Shown here in pieces: positions 10,624 through 21,048 of a DNA stretch of 64,000 bases. Both the position numbers and the translations under genes were made by a program. Positions within the stretch are counted from its first letter, which is position 1, and every line of letters starts with the position of its first letter. Source of the stretch: an uncultured Nitrospiraceae bacterium (GTDB lineage Bacteria > Nitrospirota > Thermodesulfovibrionia > Thermodesulfovibrionales > Dissulfurispiraceae); assembly GCA_963705105.1 (NCBI GenBank), contig CAVPIW010000016.1, positions 1 through 64,000 on the forward strand, in the 5' to 3' direction. The notes under the pieces were generated by a model. It was not told the origin of the DNA. It was given only the letters and a program-made list of their open reading frames with translations, and searched no databases.

Positions 10624-11520
10624 TTAGTCACCCCGGTAAAAGGGCGACATGGCGTCCCAGAAATTCGGCTGCGCGCAGCCGATGCAGGGATGTCCGGCCT
10701 GGACGTCCCAGCTCGTCCCCTCGTTCCAGAGCATGGAGGGACAGTTGTTGTACGTCCGCTCTCCCTTGCAGCCGGCGTCTTCGAGGCATCTGCTCTCGTT
10801 CTCCCGGTATGGGCACTGGTCGTGGACCCTCCTTCCGTAGGCGAAGGTCGGCCTGCCGAGAGAGTCGAGGGCGGGAAGCCGATCGAAGAGGAGATAGTTG
10901 GCTATGGTGGAGATGAAATTCACCGGGTTGGGCGGGCAGCCGGCGACATTGACGACGGGCTTCGTCATCAGGGTGCCGAGGGCGTCTTTCACGCCCCGGG
11001 CTCCCGTCGGATTGGGCGCCGCTGCGGCAAGACCTCCATAGGCCGCACAGGTGCCCAAAGCGATTGTCGCAAAGGACTTCGGGCAGATGGTCCGGGCGAT
11101 GTCGAGCATCGTCCTGCCGCCGATCATACCGTATTGCCCGTTGCTCGCCGTAGGGATTGATCCCTCGACGACGCAGAGAAACTGGCCCGTGTACTGGTTC
11201 GCGGTGTTATAGAGCGTCGTTTCGACGTCATGCCCCGCTCCTGCAAGAAGGGTTTCGTGGTAGTCGAGGGAGATGGTTTCCAGAATGACCCTGTCGATGG
11301 TCGGAGCTGCGCACCTGAGGGCTGATTCCGTGCAGCCCGTGCATTCCGAGAAGTGGAGCCAGAGCACACGCGGGCGGGGACCCGTGAGCGCTTCGGCTAT
11401 CTGCGCGGCGAAGGTCTCCTGCAGCCCCAGCGTCAGGGCGACGGCCGAACAGAACTTAAGAAAGTCACGGCGTGTCACGCCGCGCTTTCCCATCATCGCT
11501 TCAAGTTTGTCTTCGTTCAT
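10624..11520 (-). CDS. Group 1 [NiFe]-hydrogenase small subunit, Tat-exported, no C-terminal membrane anchor
   Basis: TRRDFLK twin-arginine signal, ECTGC, GTCAAYGG, GCPP, HDQC...CL..GCKG, GHPCIGC. Confidence 0.96.
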   Translation of the reverse strand: MNEDKLEAMMGKRGVTRRDFLKFCSAVALTLGLQETFAAQIAEALTGPRPRVLWLHFSECTGCTESALRCAAPTIDRVILETISLDYHETLLAGAGHDVETTLYNTANQYTGQFLCVVEGSIPTASNGQYGMIGGRTMLDIARTICPKSFATIALGTCAAYGGLAAAAPNPTGARGVKDALGTLMTKPVVNVAGCPPNPVNFISTIANYLLFDRLPALDSLGRPTFAYGRRVHDQCPYRENESRCLEDAGCKGERTYNNCPSMLWNEGTSWDVQAGHPCIGCAQPNFWDAMSPFYRGD

Positions 11521-11609
11521 ACTTTTCCTCCTTCATGAATTGGGGATAACCCGTCAATGAACGGGTTAATGTCTTAACTAATACACCGGCAATTGAATGC
11601 CTCTACCAC

Positions 11610-11683
11610 TGTCATTGCCGCAAGCGGATCGCGCAGGCAATCCTTCTGAAAAACGGAAGGATTCCGGATAAGCCGGAATGACA
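11610..11683. repeat. REP-like palindromic element (GTCATTCCGGC...GGAATCC type)
   Basis: TGTCATTGCCG...AATCCTTC...GAAGGATTCCGGATAAGCCGGAATGACA nested inverted repeats; a related half element at 11748-11787. Confidence 0.65.
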
Positions 11684-12044
11684 AAGCATGGTGCAGTTAA
11701 TCTGTTTGATTGCCTTGGTAATAATGTGCCGTACCGTAAATGCAACTGGATGCCAGATTTTGCGGGCATGACGACTTTTCACGAATCCGATAATACTGTG
11801 CAATAATTGCGCAGTGATGAGCAGATTCTGCGCTTGCCATCATGCCCGGAGCATTACCATGACAGGAAGAACGCTTCTGTCCGCGTCTCTTTATCACCCC
11901 CCCTTCGGTCGGTTCCTTTGGCCTTTATTGGCAAAGGAGTACGACAGAGGAACACCTCGTATTATTCTGTCTTTACAAGACTTTATCGGGCGATTGGTAA
12001 AAAGGGCGCAAAACGACGCAGCCGTAACTGCTGATGAGGGAGCC

Positions 12045-12131
12045 CGCCGGCAGCCTGGCGGTCCGCATCCTGCTTGCGGACCCATGGCTTTGCGCCCTTT
12101 CCTTGCGGAATGTTTGCCCTTTACAGCGACG
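12045..12131 (-). ncRNA. c-di-GMP-I (GEMM) riboswitch aptamer
   Basis: Minus strand reads CGTCGCTGTAAAGGGCAAACATTCC-GCAA-GGAAAGGGCGCAAAGCCATGGGTCCGCAAGCAGGATGCGGACCGCCAGGCTGCCGGCG, matching the GGCAAAC / GNRA / GCAAAGC / GCC..GCTGCC layout; P1 is CGTCG:CGGCG. Confidence 0.85.
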
Positions 12132-12160
12132 CTTTATAAAAGAAAAACGATCTTTTTTCT

Positions 12161-12176
12161 TACAATATTCGTGCCA
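12161..12176 (-). promoter_or_regulatory. Sigma54 (-24/-12)-like promoter
   Basis: TGGCAC-GAATA-TTGTA on the minus strand (one mismatch to TTGC), about 30 nt upstream of the riboswitch. Confidence 0.6.
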
Positions 12177-12575
12177 CATTGGGGTTAATTGAATGTTTCT
12201 TCATCGACCCTGACTCTTCAGGGGGCTCTGAGCGCTGAATTTAGAGTGTTTTGAAATCAAGGGGATGGGCAAAAATGTCTCAGTCCGGCGCGTCCAAACA
12301 AAATGTTTCCTGTTCCTGACGACATCGACGGAAGGTATAAACCCCGGCATCCCGCTTCCCGGAAACCATACACCGGAAATGCCTGTCATACAGCAATCGG
12401 GATGCAGGTTGAAGTTTCAATGCATGAGAATGCATACAAATAAAATGACATAAACAAGGCTAATACATTGATAATAATATATTATTTATTGCCGGAGATC
12501 AGGATTCGCGCTGTTTTTTGTCGATTTATCGGGGATCGGGATTGCCAGAACAGGACAAATGTTCTATATTTAAAT

Positions 12576-13061
12576 ATGCTGCAGATAGCCTTCACACAAT
12601 TGTCGTTAATCGTTCTCTCCGCTTTTCTGCTCCTGATCGCCGCCGGTTCGGCGTCTGCCGATGCAACGGGGAAGACGACCTGCGCGCCTACCCACCCCGA
12701 CGCCCTTGGTCCCTTCTATAAGCCCGATGCACCCGTGCGGGCGGCCGTCGGAAAGGGATATGAGCTGAAAGGAACCGTGAGGTCCTCAAAGGACTGCTCG
12801 ACTCTCAGCGGTGCGAAGATCGAATTCTGGCTTGCCGGGACCGACGGGCGGTACGATGACGATCACCGTGCGACGCTGTTCGCCGGCGCTTCCGGCGCCT
12901 ATCGTTTCGGGAGCAACTTCCCGCCCCCCTATGCCGGGCGTCCATCCCACATACACATACGCGTGACCGCCAAAGGTTTCCGCACCCTCGTGACGCAGCA
13001 TTACCCTGTCGCCGGTACGACGGGGGGAGAGTTCGACCTCGTTCTCGTCCCCCTCCAATAA
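12576..13061 (+). CDS. Secreted intradiol ring-cleavage dioxygenase-like protein
   Basis: Signal peptide, GPFY, G.YD, PPPYAGRPSHIH; ATG at 12576 preferred over the ORF-track TTG. Confidence 0.8.
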   Translation: MLQIAFTQLSLIVLSAFLLLIAAGSASADATGKTTCAPTHPDALGPFYKPDAPVRAAVGKGYELKGTVRSSKDCSTLSGAKIEFWLAGTDGRYDDDHRATLFAGASGAYRFGSNFPPPYAGRPSHIHIRVTAKGFRTLVTQHYPVAGTTGGEFDLVLVPLQ

Positions 13062-13149
13062 ATACGGGTAGAGACTTTTCTTTCGATCCGTATACAAAAT
13101 GCAAATGCCCCTTCAGCAGCCTTCCCTCTGCTTCTTGCCACATTTTTTA

Positions 13150-13194
13150 TTGACCACATCAGGTGACCTCTGGTATAGTTAAACGCCCGTTTAA
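13150..13194 (+). promoter_or_regulatory. Sigma70 promoter with overlapping palindromic TetR operator
   Basis: TTGACC-18nt-TATAGT with extended TG, immediately followed by the palindrome TTAAACG-CC-CGTTTAA (13179-13194). Confidence 0.7.
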
Positions 13195-13217
13195 AAAAAT
13201 ATGTAAGAGGTGTTTTT

Positions 13218-13913
13218 CTGGATACCAAGGAGGTGATCCTCAACGCCGCCGAAGTCCTTTTCGCGCGCGCGGGATACCGTGCCTCATCGATGAGGGCGAT
13301 TACGGAGAGCGCAGGGGTGAACCTGGCCCTCGTCAATTACCACTTCGGCTCCAAAGATGCATTGCTCGAGGCCGTTATCGGACGCAGATTGCGGCCCGTC
13401 AATGACCTCAGGCTCAGGAGACTGCAGGAGATACGGAACAGATCGGAAGAACGGAACATGAAACCCGATCTTCCGGAGATTCTCCGGGCATACATCGAGC
13501 CCGTTTTCGGCAGCGGAGAATCGCAGAAGGGCTGGGTCTATTTTACAAACCTGATCGGCAGGGCCTTCACCGAGCCTGACGAAACGGTGCAAAAGACTTT
13601 TCTCCGTCATATGAAACCTGTGCATCAGCTCATACTCGATCTGCTCGGGGACGCCCTGCCGGACCTCTCCGTTGAGGAGGTGTTCTGGAGATACCAGTTC
13701 CTTGTGGGGGCCCTCGGCCGGGCCATATTCATAAACTCGACTCCCGGATACGGGCGATTGATGAAAGACTTCGAAACAGACTCTGAAACCCTGATGGGGA
13801 TGCTGGTGTCTTTCGCAACGGGAGGAATGGACGCGACGGGGAGCCGGGTGAGTCGAAAAGGCAAGGGCAAGCAACTCAACCAAGGTTTGCTTAAGGATGG
13901 GCCGTTATCATAG
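13218..13913 (+). CDS. TetR/AcrR (PsrA-like) transcriptional regulator
   Basis: ILNAAEVLFA..G....SMRAI...AGVNLALVNYHFGSK HTH; start probably CTG 13218 (DTKEVIL), alternative GTG 13233. Confidence 0.9.
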   Translation: MDTKEVILNAAEVLFARAGYRASSMRAITESAGVNLALVNYHFGSKDALLEAVIGRRLRPVNDLRLRRLQEIRNRSEERNMKPDLPEILRAYIEPVFGSGESQKGWVYFTNLIGRAFTEPDETVQKTFLRHMKPVHQLILDLLGDALPDLSVEEVFWRYQFLVGALGRAIFINSTPGYGRLMKDFETDSETLMGMLVSFATGGMDATGSRVSRKGKGKQLNQGLLKDGPLS

Positions 13914-13942
13914 ATGTCTTATAGAAACAGGAGGAGACGAAC

Positions 13943-15166
13943 ATGACGTTTATAGAGTTTTCTATGCTCATTAAGAGAAGAGCAGGGAAAATTGCTGTCG
14001 TTGGAATGCTTACCGGGTGCCTTGTTATGGCCGGCTGCGGGAAACAGGGCCCGGCGCCGGCAAAGGGGCCGGGCACGCCGCCCGAAGTAGGAGTTATCGT
14101 GGTTCAACCGCAACGTGTGGCGCTCACCACGGAGCTTTCCGGTCGCACCTCCGCTCACATCATTGCAGAGGTGCGGCCGCAGGTAGGCGGCATCATTCAG
14201 AAACGGCTGTTTACGGAAGGCTCGGACGTCAAGGCCGACGAGGTGCTCTATCAGATCGATCCGGCCGCTTACCAGGCAGCCTATAACAGTGCAAAGGCTG
14301 CCCTGGCCAGGGCTGATGCCAATCTTATTCCAATCCGGCTCAGGGCCGGTCGCTATGAGGAGCTTGTACAAATCAACGCCGTCAGCAAACAGGACTACGA
14401 CGATGCAAGCGCGGCGCTTAAACAGGCCGAGGCGGATGTCGAGGCCGGCAAGGCTGCAGTCGAGACCGCCCGGATCAACCTGGCCTATACCAGGGTAACA
14501 GCCCCTATCTCCGGACGCATCGGCCGGTCATCAGTGACCAACGGCGCTCTCGTCACGGCGAGTCAGCCTGCCGCTCTGGCCACCATCCAACAGCTCGATC
14601 CCATGTACGTGGATGTCACACAGTCCAGCGCCGAGCTGCTGCGGTTGAAGCAGAACCTGGCCAGCGGCCTGCTCAAAAGCGGCGGGGCAGCCCAGGCTCG
14701 GGTCAAACTGCTGCTGGAGGACGGCAGCGCCTATTCGTTACCCGGCACGCTGAAGTTTTCCGAAGTGACGGTGGACCAGAGCACCGGCTCCGTCACGCTG
14801 CGTGCCATCTTCCCGAACCCGAAACAGACCCTCCTGCCGGGCATGTTCGTCCGCGCCGTCATGGAGGAAGGGTTTATCGACAATGCAATCCTCGTTCCGC
14901 AGCGGGGTGTCACCCGCAGCCCCGACGGCAGCGCCATGGTTATGGTCGTCGGCGCCGAAGAGAAGATGGAACCTCGCATCATCAAGGTCGTCCGGACCGT
15001 GAACGACAACTGGCTCGTCAGCGAAGGGCTGAAGGCGGGCGACCGGGTCATCCTGGAAGGACTGCAGAAGGCGCGCCCGGGAACGCCGGTCAAAGCCGTA
15101 GCCTTCGGCGGCAAGGCTGACGGAGCTCCCGGCGGTGCTCCGAAAGCGGCGGCACCAACCAAATAG
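13943..15166 (+). CDS. acrA: RND efflux periplasmic adaptor (AcrA/MexA-like lipoprotein)
   Basis: Lipobox [31 protein letters not shown]. Confidence 0.92.
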   Translation: MTFIEFSMLIKRRAGKIAVVGMLTGCLVMAGCGKQGPAPAKGPGTPPEVGVIVVQPQRVALTTELSGRTSAHIIAEVRPQVGGIIQKRLFTEGSDVKADEVLYQIDPAAYQAAYNSAKAALARADANLIPIRLRAGRYEELVQINAVSKQDYDDASAALKQAEADVEAGKAAVETARINLAYTRVTAPISGRIGRSSVTNGALVTASQPAALATIQQLDPMYVDVTQSSAELLRLKQNLASGLLKSGGAAQARVKLLLEDGSAYSLPGTLKFSEVTVDQSTGSVTLRAIFPNPKQTLLPGMFVRAVMEEGFIDNAILVPQRGVTRSPDGSAMVMVVGAEEKMEPRIIKVVRTVNDNWLVSEGLKAGDRVILEGLQKARPGTPVKAVAFGGKADGAPGGAPKAAAPTK

Positions 15167-15177
15167 AGGAGATCGTC

Positions 15178-18100
15178 ATGCCGAGATTTTTCATAAATCG
15201 TCCCATCTTCGCAATCGTGATCGCCATTCTTGTCATGCTGGCCGGCGTGCTCGCGATCCGGACGCTGCCGGTATCGCAGTACCCTCCTATCGCGCCGCCC
15301 CAGATCACCATTAACGCCGTGTATCCGGGCGCCTCGGCCCAGACGGTGCAGGACACCGTGACCCAGGTGATCGAACAGAAGATGAACGGCATCGATAACC
15401 TGATCTACATGTCATCCGCCAGCGACTCGGCCGGGGCTGTGTCGATCAACCTGACCTTCAAGGCCGGCACCGACCCGAACATCGCCCAGGTGCAGGTGCA
15501 GAACAAACTGCAGCTGGCCACGCCGCTCCTGCCCCAGATTGTGCAACGGCAGGGTATCCAGGTGGTCAAATCCACCAGGAACTTCCTGCTGATCGTCGGG
15601 CTCGTCTCGGAAGACGGCTCCATGGACCGCAATGCCCTGACGGACTACATGGTCTCCAATCTCCAGGATATCATCAGCCGCCTGGAAGGGGTGGGCGAGC
15701 TGCAGCTGTTCGGCACCCAGAACGCCATGCGGATCTGGCTGAACCCCGACAAGATGAACAACTTCCGCCTGACCACAAATGACGTGATTGCGGCCCTCCA
15801 GGCCCAGAACGCCCAGGTCTCGGCGGGACAGTTCGGGGGCACACCTGCCCCGCCGGGACAACAGTTGAACGCCACCATTACGGCCCGCACCCTGCTGCAG
15901 ACGACGGAGCAGTTCGATGCCATCGTGCTGAGGACCAACAGCGACGGCTCCACAGTCAGGCTCAGGGACGTGGCAGAGTCCCGGATCGGCACCGAGAACT
16001 ATGAGATTCAGTCGTTCTACAAGGGAAAGCCGGTCGGCGGCATGGCAATCCGGCTGGCAGCGGGCGCCAATGCGCTGGATACGGGCAACCGGGTCAAGGC
16101 AAAGATGGAAGAGCTGTCGAAATACTTCCCGCCCGGCATGAAGGTGGTCTATCCTTACGACACGACCCCCTTTGTCAGGATCTCCATCGAAGAGGTGGTG
16201 TACACCCTGATCGAAGCGGTCTTCCTGGTCTTCATCATCATGTTCCTCTTCCTGCAGAACATGCGGGCCACCCTGATCCCCACCATCGCCGTTCCGGTGG
16301 TTTTGCTGGGGACGATGGGTGTGCTGGCGGCCGCCGGTTTTTCGATCAACACGCTGACCATGTTCGCACTGGTGATCGTCATAGGTCTCCTGGTGGACGA
16401 CGCCATTGTCGTTGTCGAGAACGTGGAGCGGATCATGTCCGAGGAGGGGCTGTCGCCCCGTGACGCCACCATCAAGTCGATGGGGCAGATCACCAGCGCC
16501 CTCTGGGGCATCTCCACCGTCCTGACGGCGGTCTTTCTGCCGATGGCCTTCTTCGGCGGGTCAACCGGCGTGATCTACCGCCAGTTCTCGATCACCATCA
16601 TCTCCGCCATGATCCTGTCGGTGCTGGTGGCCATGATCCTGACCCCGGCGCTCTGCGCCACCCTGCTCAAACCGGTCGAAAAGGGGCATCGTGCCGGCGA
16701 GACGGGCTGGTTCGGTTGGTTTTTCCGCCGGTTCAACAAGGCATTTGACTATGCCAGAGAGAAATACGAGGGGATCGTCAGCCGCTCCTTCGGCAAGCCG
16801 GTGCGCTACCTGGTGGTGTACGGCGCCATTGTCGCAGCCATGGCCTTCTTTTTCCTGCGCCTCCCCACAGCCTTCCTGCCCGATGAGGACCAGGGGTTCA
16901 TCGTCTGCCAGATCCAGCTGCCTGCCGGCGCCACCGTGGAACGGACCATAGAGGTGATACGGAAGATGGAGAAGCATTTCCTTGAGCAGGAAACAAAGAC
17001 GGTGGACGCCATAATCACCGTGGCCGGGTTCAGCTTTGCCGGCCGGGGCCAGAACATGGGGCTTGCCTTTGTGAAACTCAAGGACTGGAAGCTGCGCAAG
17101 ACGCCCGACCTGAAGGCGCCGGCCGTGGCGGGCCGGGCCATGATGGCATTCTCGCAGATCCGGGACGGCCTGGCCTTTGCCTTTTCGCCGCCGGCTGTGG
17201 TGGAGCTGGGACAGGCCAACGGGTTTGACTTCCAGCTCCAGGACCGCGGCGGCCTGGGGCATGGGAAACTGATGGAGGCGCGGAACCAGCTCCTGGGGAT
17301 GGCCATGCAAAACCCCAAGCTGGTAGCGGTGCGTCCCAACGGCCAGGATGACTCCCCCCAGTTCAGGCTCGACATCGATGACGTGCGGGCCGGGGCACTC
17401 GGGGTCTCGCTGGCGACGGTCAACGAGGTCCTCGCCACCGCCTGGGGAAGCTCCTACGTCAACGACTTCATCCAGAACGGCCGGGTCAAGAAGGTCTACC
17501 TCCAGGCCGACGCCCGGTTCCGGATGCTGCCGGAGGATATCGGCAGATGGTACGTCCGCAACAACAGGGGGGAGATGGTCCCCTTCTCCGCCTTTTCAAC
17601 GGCACGCTGGGAATACGGTTCACCCCGCCTGGAGCGCTACAACGGCATCCCGTCCGTTGAGATCATGGGGCAGGCTGCACCCGGAGTCAGTACCGGCGAG
17701 GCGATGGCCGAGATGGAGAAAATGGCCGCCCAGCTGCCCGTGGGGATCGGCTACGAGTGGACCGGCCTCTCCTATGAAGAAAAACAGGCGGGGAAACAGG
17801 CGCCGGCCCTCTATGCCATCTCGCTCCTGGTGGTATTTCTCAGTGTGGCGGCCCTGTATGAGAGCTGGACCATCCCCTTCGTCAATATGCTCATGCTGCC
17901 GCTGGGGCTGGTGGGTGCGGTCACGGCGGTGACGCTGCGGGTGCTCCCCAACGATGTCTATCTCCAGATCGGTCTGCTGACCACCGTGGGACTTTCCACA
18001 AAGAACGCCATCCTGATCGTCCAGTTCATCAAGGCGCAGATGCAGGAGGGTCGTGAGCTGGTCGAGGCCACCCTGACGGCGGTGAAGATCCGGCTCCGTC

Positions 18101-18345
18101 CTGTCATCATGACATCACTCGCCTTCTTCTTCGGCACCCTGCCGCTGGCCCTGACCAAGGGAGCCGGGGCCGCAGCCCAGAACGCCATCGGCACCGCCGT
18201 CACGGGCGGACTGCTCTCGGCCACATTCATCGACCTCATCTTTATTCCCTTTTTCTTCGTGATCGTATCGCGGCTGTTCGGCCGGGCAAAATATAAACAG
18301 CACGCAGCAGCACCCGCTCTCGCCGATGCCGGGGAGGTGCAGTGA
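15178..18345 (+). CDS. acrB: HAE1 RND efflux pump (AcrB/MexB-like)
   Basis: [41 protein letters not shown]; 1055 aa. Confidence 0.95.
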   Translation: MPRFFINRPIFAIVIAILVMLAGVLAIRTLPVSQYPPIAPPQITINAVYPGASAQTVQDTVTQVIEQKMNGIDNLIYMSSASDSAGAVSINLTFKAGTDPNIAQVQVQNKLQLATPLLPQIVQRQGIQVVKSTRNFLLIVGLVSEDGSMDRNALTDYMVSNLQDIISRLEGVGELQLFGTQNAMRIWLNPDKMNNFRLTTNDVIAALQAQNAQVSAGQFGGTPAPPGQQLNATITARTLLQTTEQFDAIVLRTNSDGSTVRLRDVAESRIGTENYEIQSFYKGKPVGGMAIRLAAGANALDTGNRVKAKMEELSKYFPPGMKVVYPYDTTPFVRISIEEVVYTLIEAVFLVFIIMFLFLQNMRATLIPTIAVPVVLLGTMGVLAAAGFSINTLTMFALVIVIGLLVDDAIVVVENVERIMSEEGLSPRDATIKSMGQITSALWGISTVLTAVFLPMAFFGGSTGVIYRQFSITIISAMILSVLVAMILTPALCATLLKPVEKGHRAGETGWFGWFFRRFNKAFDYAREKYEGIVSRSFGKPVRYLVVYGAIVAAMAFFFLRLPTAFLPDEDQGFIVCQIQLPAGATVERTIEVIRKMEKHFLEQETKTVDAIITVAGFSFAGRGQNMGLAFVKLKDWKLRKTPDLKAPAVAGRAMMAFSQIRDGLAFAFSPPAVVELGQANGFDFQLQDRGGLGHGKLMEARNQLLGMAMQNPKLVAVRPNGQDDSPQFRLDIDDVRAGALGVSLATVNEVLATAWGSSYVNDFIQNGRVKKVYLQADARFRMLPEDIGRWYVRNNRGEMVPFSAFSTARWEYGSPRLERYNGIPSVEIMGQAAPGVSTGEAMAEMEKMAAQLPVGIGYEWTGLSYEEKQAGKQAPALYAISLLVVFLSVAALYESWTIPFVNMLMLPLGLVGAVTAVTLRVLPNDVYLQIGLLTTVGLSTKNAILIVQFIKAQMQEGRELVEATLTAVKIRLRPVIMTSLAFFFGTLPLALTKGAGAAAQNAIGTAVTGGLLSATFIDLIFIPFFFVIVSRLFGRAKYKQHAAAPALADAGEVQ

Positions 18346-18346
18346 G

Positions 18347-19879
18347 ATGGAAAGACTGTTCAGGAAAACCGGGACGGGAAATACAGACTTTACAGCCACA
18401 CGAAACGGCGGGGCGAAGCGCCCCGCCATCCGGTCTGTCGTATGCAGCATTATGGCAGGACGACGTGCCACCAGACTGCGCAGTGCCGCTATCGCTCTTG
18501 CACTGCTCGTTCTCTCCGGCTGCGCAAGTATGGCCCCGGAGTATAAACGTCCGGCAGCGCCCGTTCCATCGGCATGGCCGAGCGGCCCGTCTTACAAGGA
18601 CAGCGCGGCCAAACCGGGAGACCTAAGCGTTGCCGACATTGCATGGCAGGAGTATTTCATCGACGGGAAGCTGCAAGAGCTGATCGGTCTGGCTGTCGAA
18701 AACAACAGGGACCTGCGCATCGCGGCACTCAACATCGAAAGGTCGCAGGCGCTGTACCGCATCCAGCGGGCCGATCTCTTCCCGACGGTCAACGCTTCCG
18801 CCAGCGCCGTGGAGGCGAGGACACCGGGAGTGCTTTCCGGCACCGGGCAGCCCATAACGGCGCACCAGTACAGCGTCAATCTCGCGGTCAGCGCCTACGA
18901 GCTCGATTTTTTCGGTCGTGTGCGCAGCCTTAAAGACCAGGCCCTGCAGCAGTTTTTCGCCACCGAGGAGGCACGCCGCAGCTTGCAGATCAGCCTCGTG
19001 GCAGAGGTTGCGAGCAACTACCTGTTCCTCGCCGCCGATAAGGAGCTCCTGAAAATCGCCCGGGACACCTTCGAGAGCCAGCAGGCATCGTATAACCTTA
19101 TCAAACGCCGATTCGAAGCCGGCGCATCGTCTGAGCTGGATCTCCGCCAGGCCCAGACCAGCGTGGATGCGGCACGGGTTGATATTGCCCGCTTCACGAG
19201 CCAGGTGGCGCAGGACGAAAACGCGCTGGCGCTCCTCATCGGCTCGCCTGTGCCGGCTGACCTCCTGCCTTCAGGGCTCAGTGAGATCTTGGCATTAAAA
19301 GAGCTCAGCGCAGGTCTGCCGTCGGAGGTGCTGCAGCGCCGTCCCGACATCATGCAGGCGGAGCACCTTCTCCAGGCCGCCAACGCGAACATCGGCGCGG
19401 CGCGGGCGGCGTTCTTCCCGAGCATCACCCTGACGACGAGCATCGGTCTCTCAAGCGATCAGCTTTCCGGACTCTTCAAGGGAGGAACGGGCACATGGAC
19501 CTTCATACCGCAAATCACCCTGCCGATCTTTGATGCGGGGCGAAACCGGGCCAACCTGAAAGTGTCGGAAGTGGACCGCGAGATATTCCTTGCCCAGTAC
19601 GAGAAAGCGATCCAGAGCGCCTTCAGGGAAGTGGCCGACGCCTTTGCGCAGCGCGGCACCCTGAACGATCAACTGGAGGCCCAGCAGTCTCTGACGGATG
19701 CGAGCGCCGTAAGCTACCGCCTGTCGCAGGCGCGCTACGATAAAGGCGTCGCAAGCTACCTGAACGTGCTGGACTCGCAGCGCTCTCTGTACAGTGCGCA
19801 GCAGGGGCTGATTGCGGTGCGCCTTTCCCACCTGATCAATCTGGTGACGCTGTATAAGGTGCTTGGCGGAGGAGTGTAA
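18347..19879 (+). CDS. Outer-membrane efflux lipoprotein (OprM/NodT family)
   Basis: Lipobox [31 protein letters not shown]; start uncertain. Confidence 0.93.
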   Translation: MERLFRKTGTGNTDFTATRNGGAKRPAIRSVVCSIMAGRRATRLRSAAIALALLVLSGCASMAPEYKRPAAPVPSAWPSGPSYKDSAAKPGDLSVADIAWQEYFIDGKLQELIGLAVENNRDLRIAALNIERSQALYRIQRADLFPTVNASASAVEARTPGVLSGTGQPITAHQYSVNLAVSAYELDFFGRVRSLKDQALQQFFATEEARRSLQISLVAEVASNYLFLAADKELLKIARDTFESQQASYNLIKRRFEAGASSELDLRQAQTSVDAARVDIARFTSQVAQDENALALLIGSPVPADLLPSGLSEILALKELSAGLPSEVLQRRPDIMQAEHLLQAANANIGAARAAFFPSITLTTSIGLSSDQLSGLFKGGTGTWTFIPQITLPIFDAGRNRANLKVSEVDREIFLAQYEKAIQSAFREVADAFAQRGTLNDQLEAQQSLTDASAVSYRLSQARYDKGVASYLNVLDSQRSLYSAQQGLIAVRLSHLINLVTLYKVLGGGV

Positions 19880-20026
19880 CGTGACTCGCCGCACAAAGGG
19901 TATCCAGGGATTTCATTACGCGGCTGACGCACATGGATCCGGACAACGACATGACATTGAACGACCAATGAACGAGAAAGACGACATTATAATGCGGAAA
20001 ACCTGCTGATAGCTAAAGAAAATCTT

Positions 20027-20372
20027 TGGTGGAGGCGGCGGGAATCGAACCCGCGTCCGAAAGCACTACTCTCAAGCGTCTACATGCGTATCCTGCTTAT
20101 TTCATGTCGGGTACCGCACTGCCGGCAGGCGGGCCTTCCGGTACCCCATCCCTTGAATCTCCCGCCGGAATTAAGGGCTTCATCCGGCGGCAGCCTGCTC
20201 TATGACACCCTTGGCTGAAGTGCAGGCGACTTCAACGGGGCGCGCCGCTATTGGTTAAGCAGCGAGTGCCAGTTCGTTGTTGGCGTTTGTGTTGTTTTCC
20301 ATCTTTTTACGTGGTGATGGGCCACGGCATGCTGCTTGATCCTCGTAACCCCCGTCGAGACCAATCGCCCCC
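20027..20372 (-). ncRNA. ssrA: tmRNA
   Basis: 5' GGGGGCG...CTCGAC and 3' GGTTCGATTCCCGCCGCCTCCACCA tRNA-like ends; tag frame ANNELALAA-stop; directly downstream of smpB. Confidence 0.95.
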
Positions 20373-20427
20373 GAGGAGAAGATCGTGACCGTCAACGACA
20401 ACGATCACAATTTATTATACCATAGCG

Positions 20428-20871
20428 TCAGCGCGTTTTCATCGCCTTTTCGATGGCCCTCTTGTCTTCCCTCTCCTTGATCGCCTCTCTCTTTTCGTAG
20501 GTCCTTTTCCCCTTGGCGACGCCGATTTCGACCTTTGCAAAGGGGCCTTTAAAGTATATTTTCAGAGGAACGAGGGTGTATCCCTTCTGCTGGATCTTGC
20601 CCCTCAGCCTCTCGATCTCCTTTCTGTTCAGCAGGAGCTTCCTCGTCCTCAAAGGATCGTGATTCATGATGTTCCCGTGACTGTATGGGCTGATGTGGCA
20701 GTTCAGGAGGAATACCTCGGAGTCCTTGATGATGACGTAGCTTTCCTTGAGGTGGGCACGCCCTTCCCGGAGGGACTTCACTTCCGTTCCCAGCAGGGCG
20801 ATGCCGGCTTCGACGTTCTCCTCGATAAAATAGTCGTGAAATGCTTTCCTGTTCTGGCAGACGATCTTCAT
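20428..20871 (-). CDS. smpB: SsrA-binding protein
   Basis: NRKAFHDY, GTEVKSLR, RKLLL, KGK..YEKRE. Confidence 0.98.
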   Translation of the reverse strand: MKIVCQNRKAFHDYFIEENVEAGIALLGTEVKSLREGRAHLKESYVIIKDSEVFLLNCHISPYSHGNIMNHDPLRTRKLLLNRKEIERLRGKIQQKGYTLVPLKIYFKGPFAKVEIGVAKGKRTYEKREAIKEREDKRAIEKAMKTR

Positions 20872-20971
20872 TTGTCATTATATCACAGGGGGAAACACGT
20901 CGGCAGTCGTCAATCAGAAAGGTCCGCAGTTGCCGGACTGCAGGAAGGGAAGACCGGAATCTGTGAGGAAA

Positions 20972-21047
20972 TGGAGCGGGCGACGGGATTCGAACCCGCG
21001 ACCCCAACCTTGGCAAGGTTGTGCTCTACCAGCTGAGCTACACCCGC
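20972..21047 (-). tRNA. tRNA-Gly (GCC)
   Basis: GCGGGTGTAGCTCAGCTGGTAGAGCACAACCTTGCCAAGGTTGGGGTCGCGGGTTCGAATCCCGTCGCCCGCTCCA cloverleaf, 76 nt. Confidence 0.98.
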
Positions 21048-21048
21048 A

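Noticed and set aside
11697..11897. 66-aa ORF in the riboswitch leader
   Set aside because: Runs into repeat sequence and has no recognisable family; could be a remnant but cannot be supported
12468..20027. Efflux block as an island integrated at the tmRNA 3' end
   Set aside because: No integrase and no duplicated tmRNA 3' (att) sequence seen
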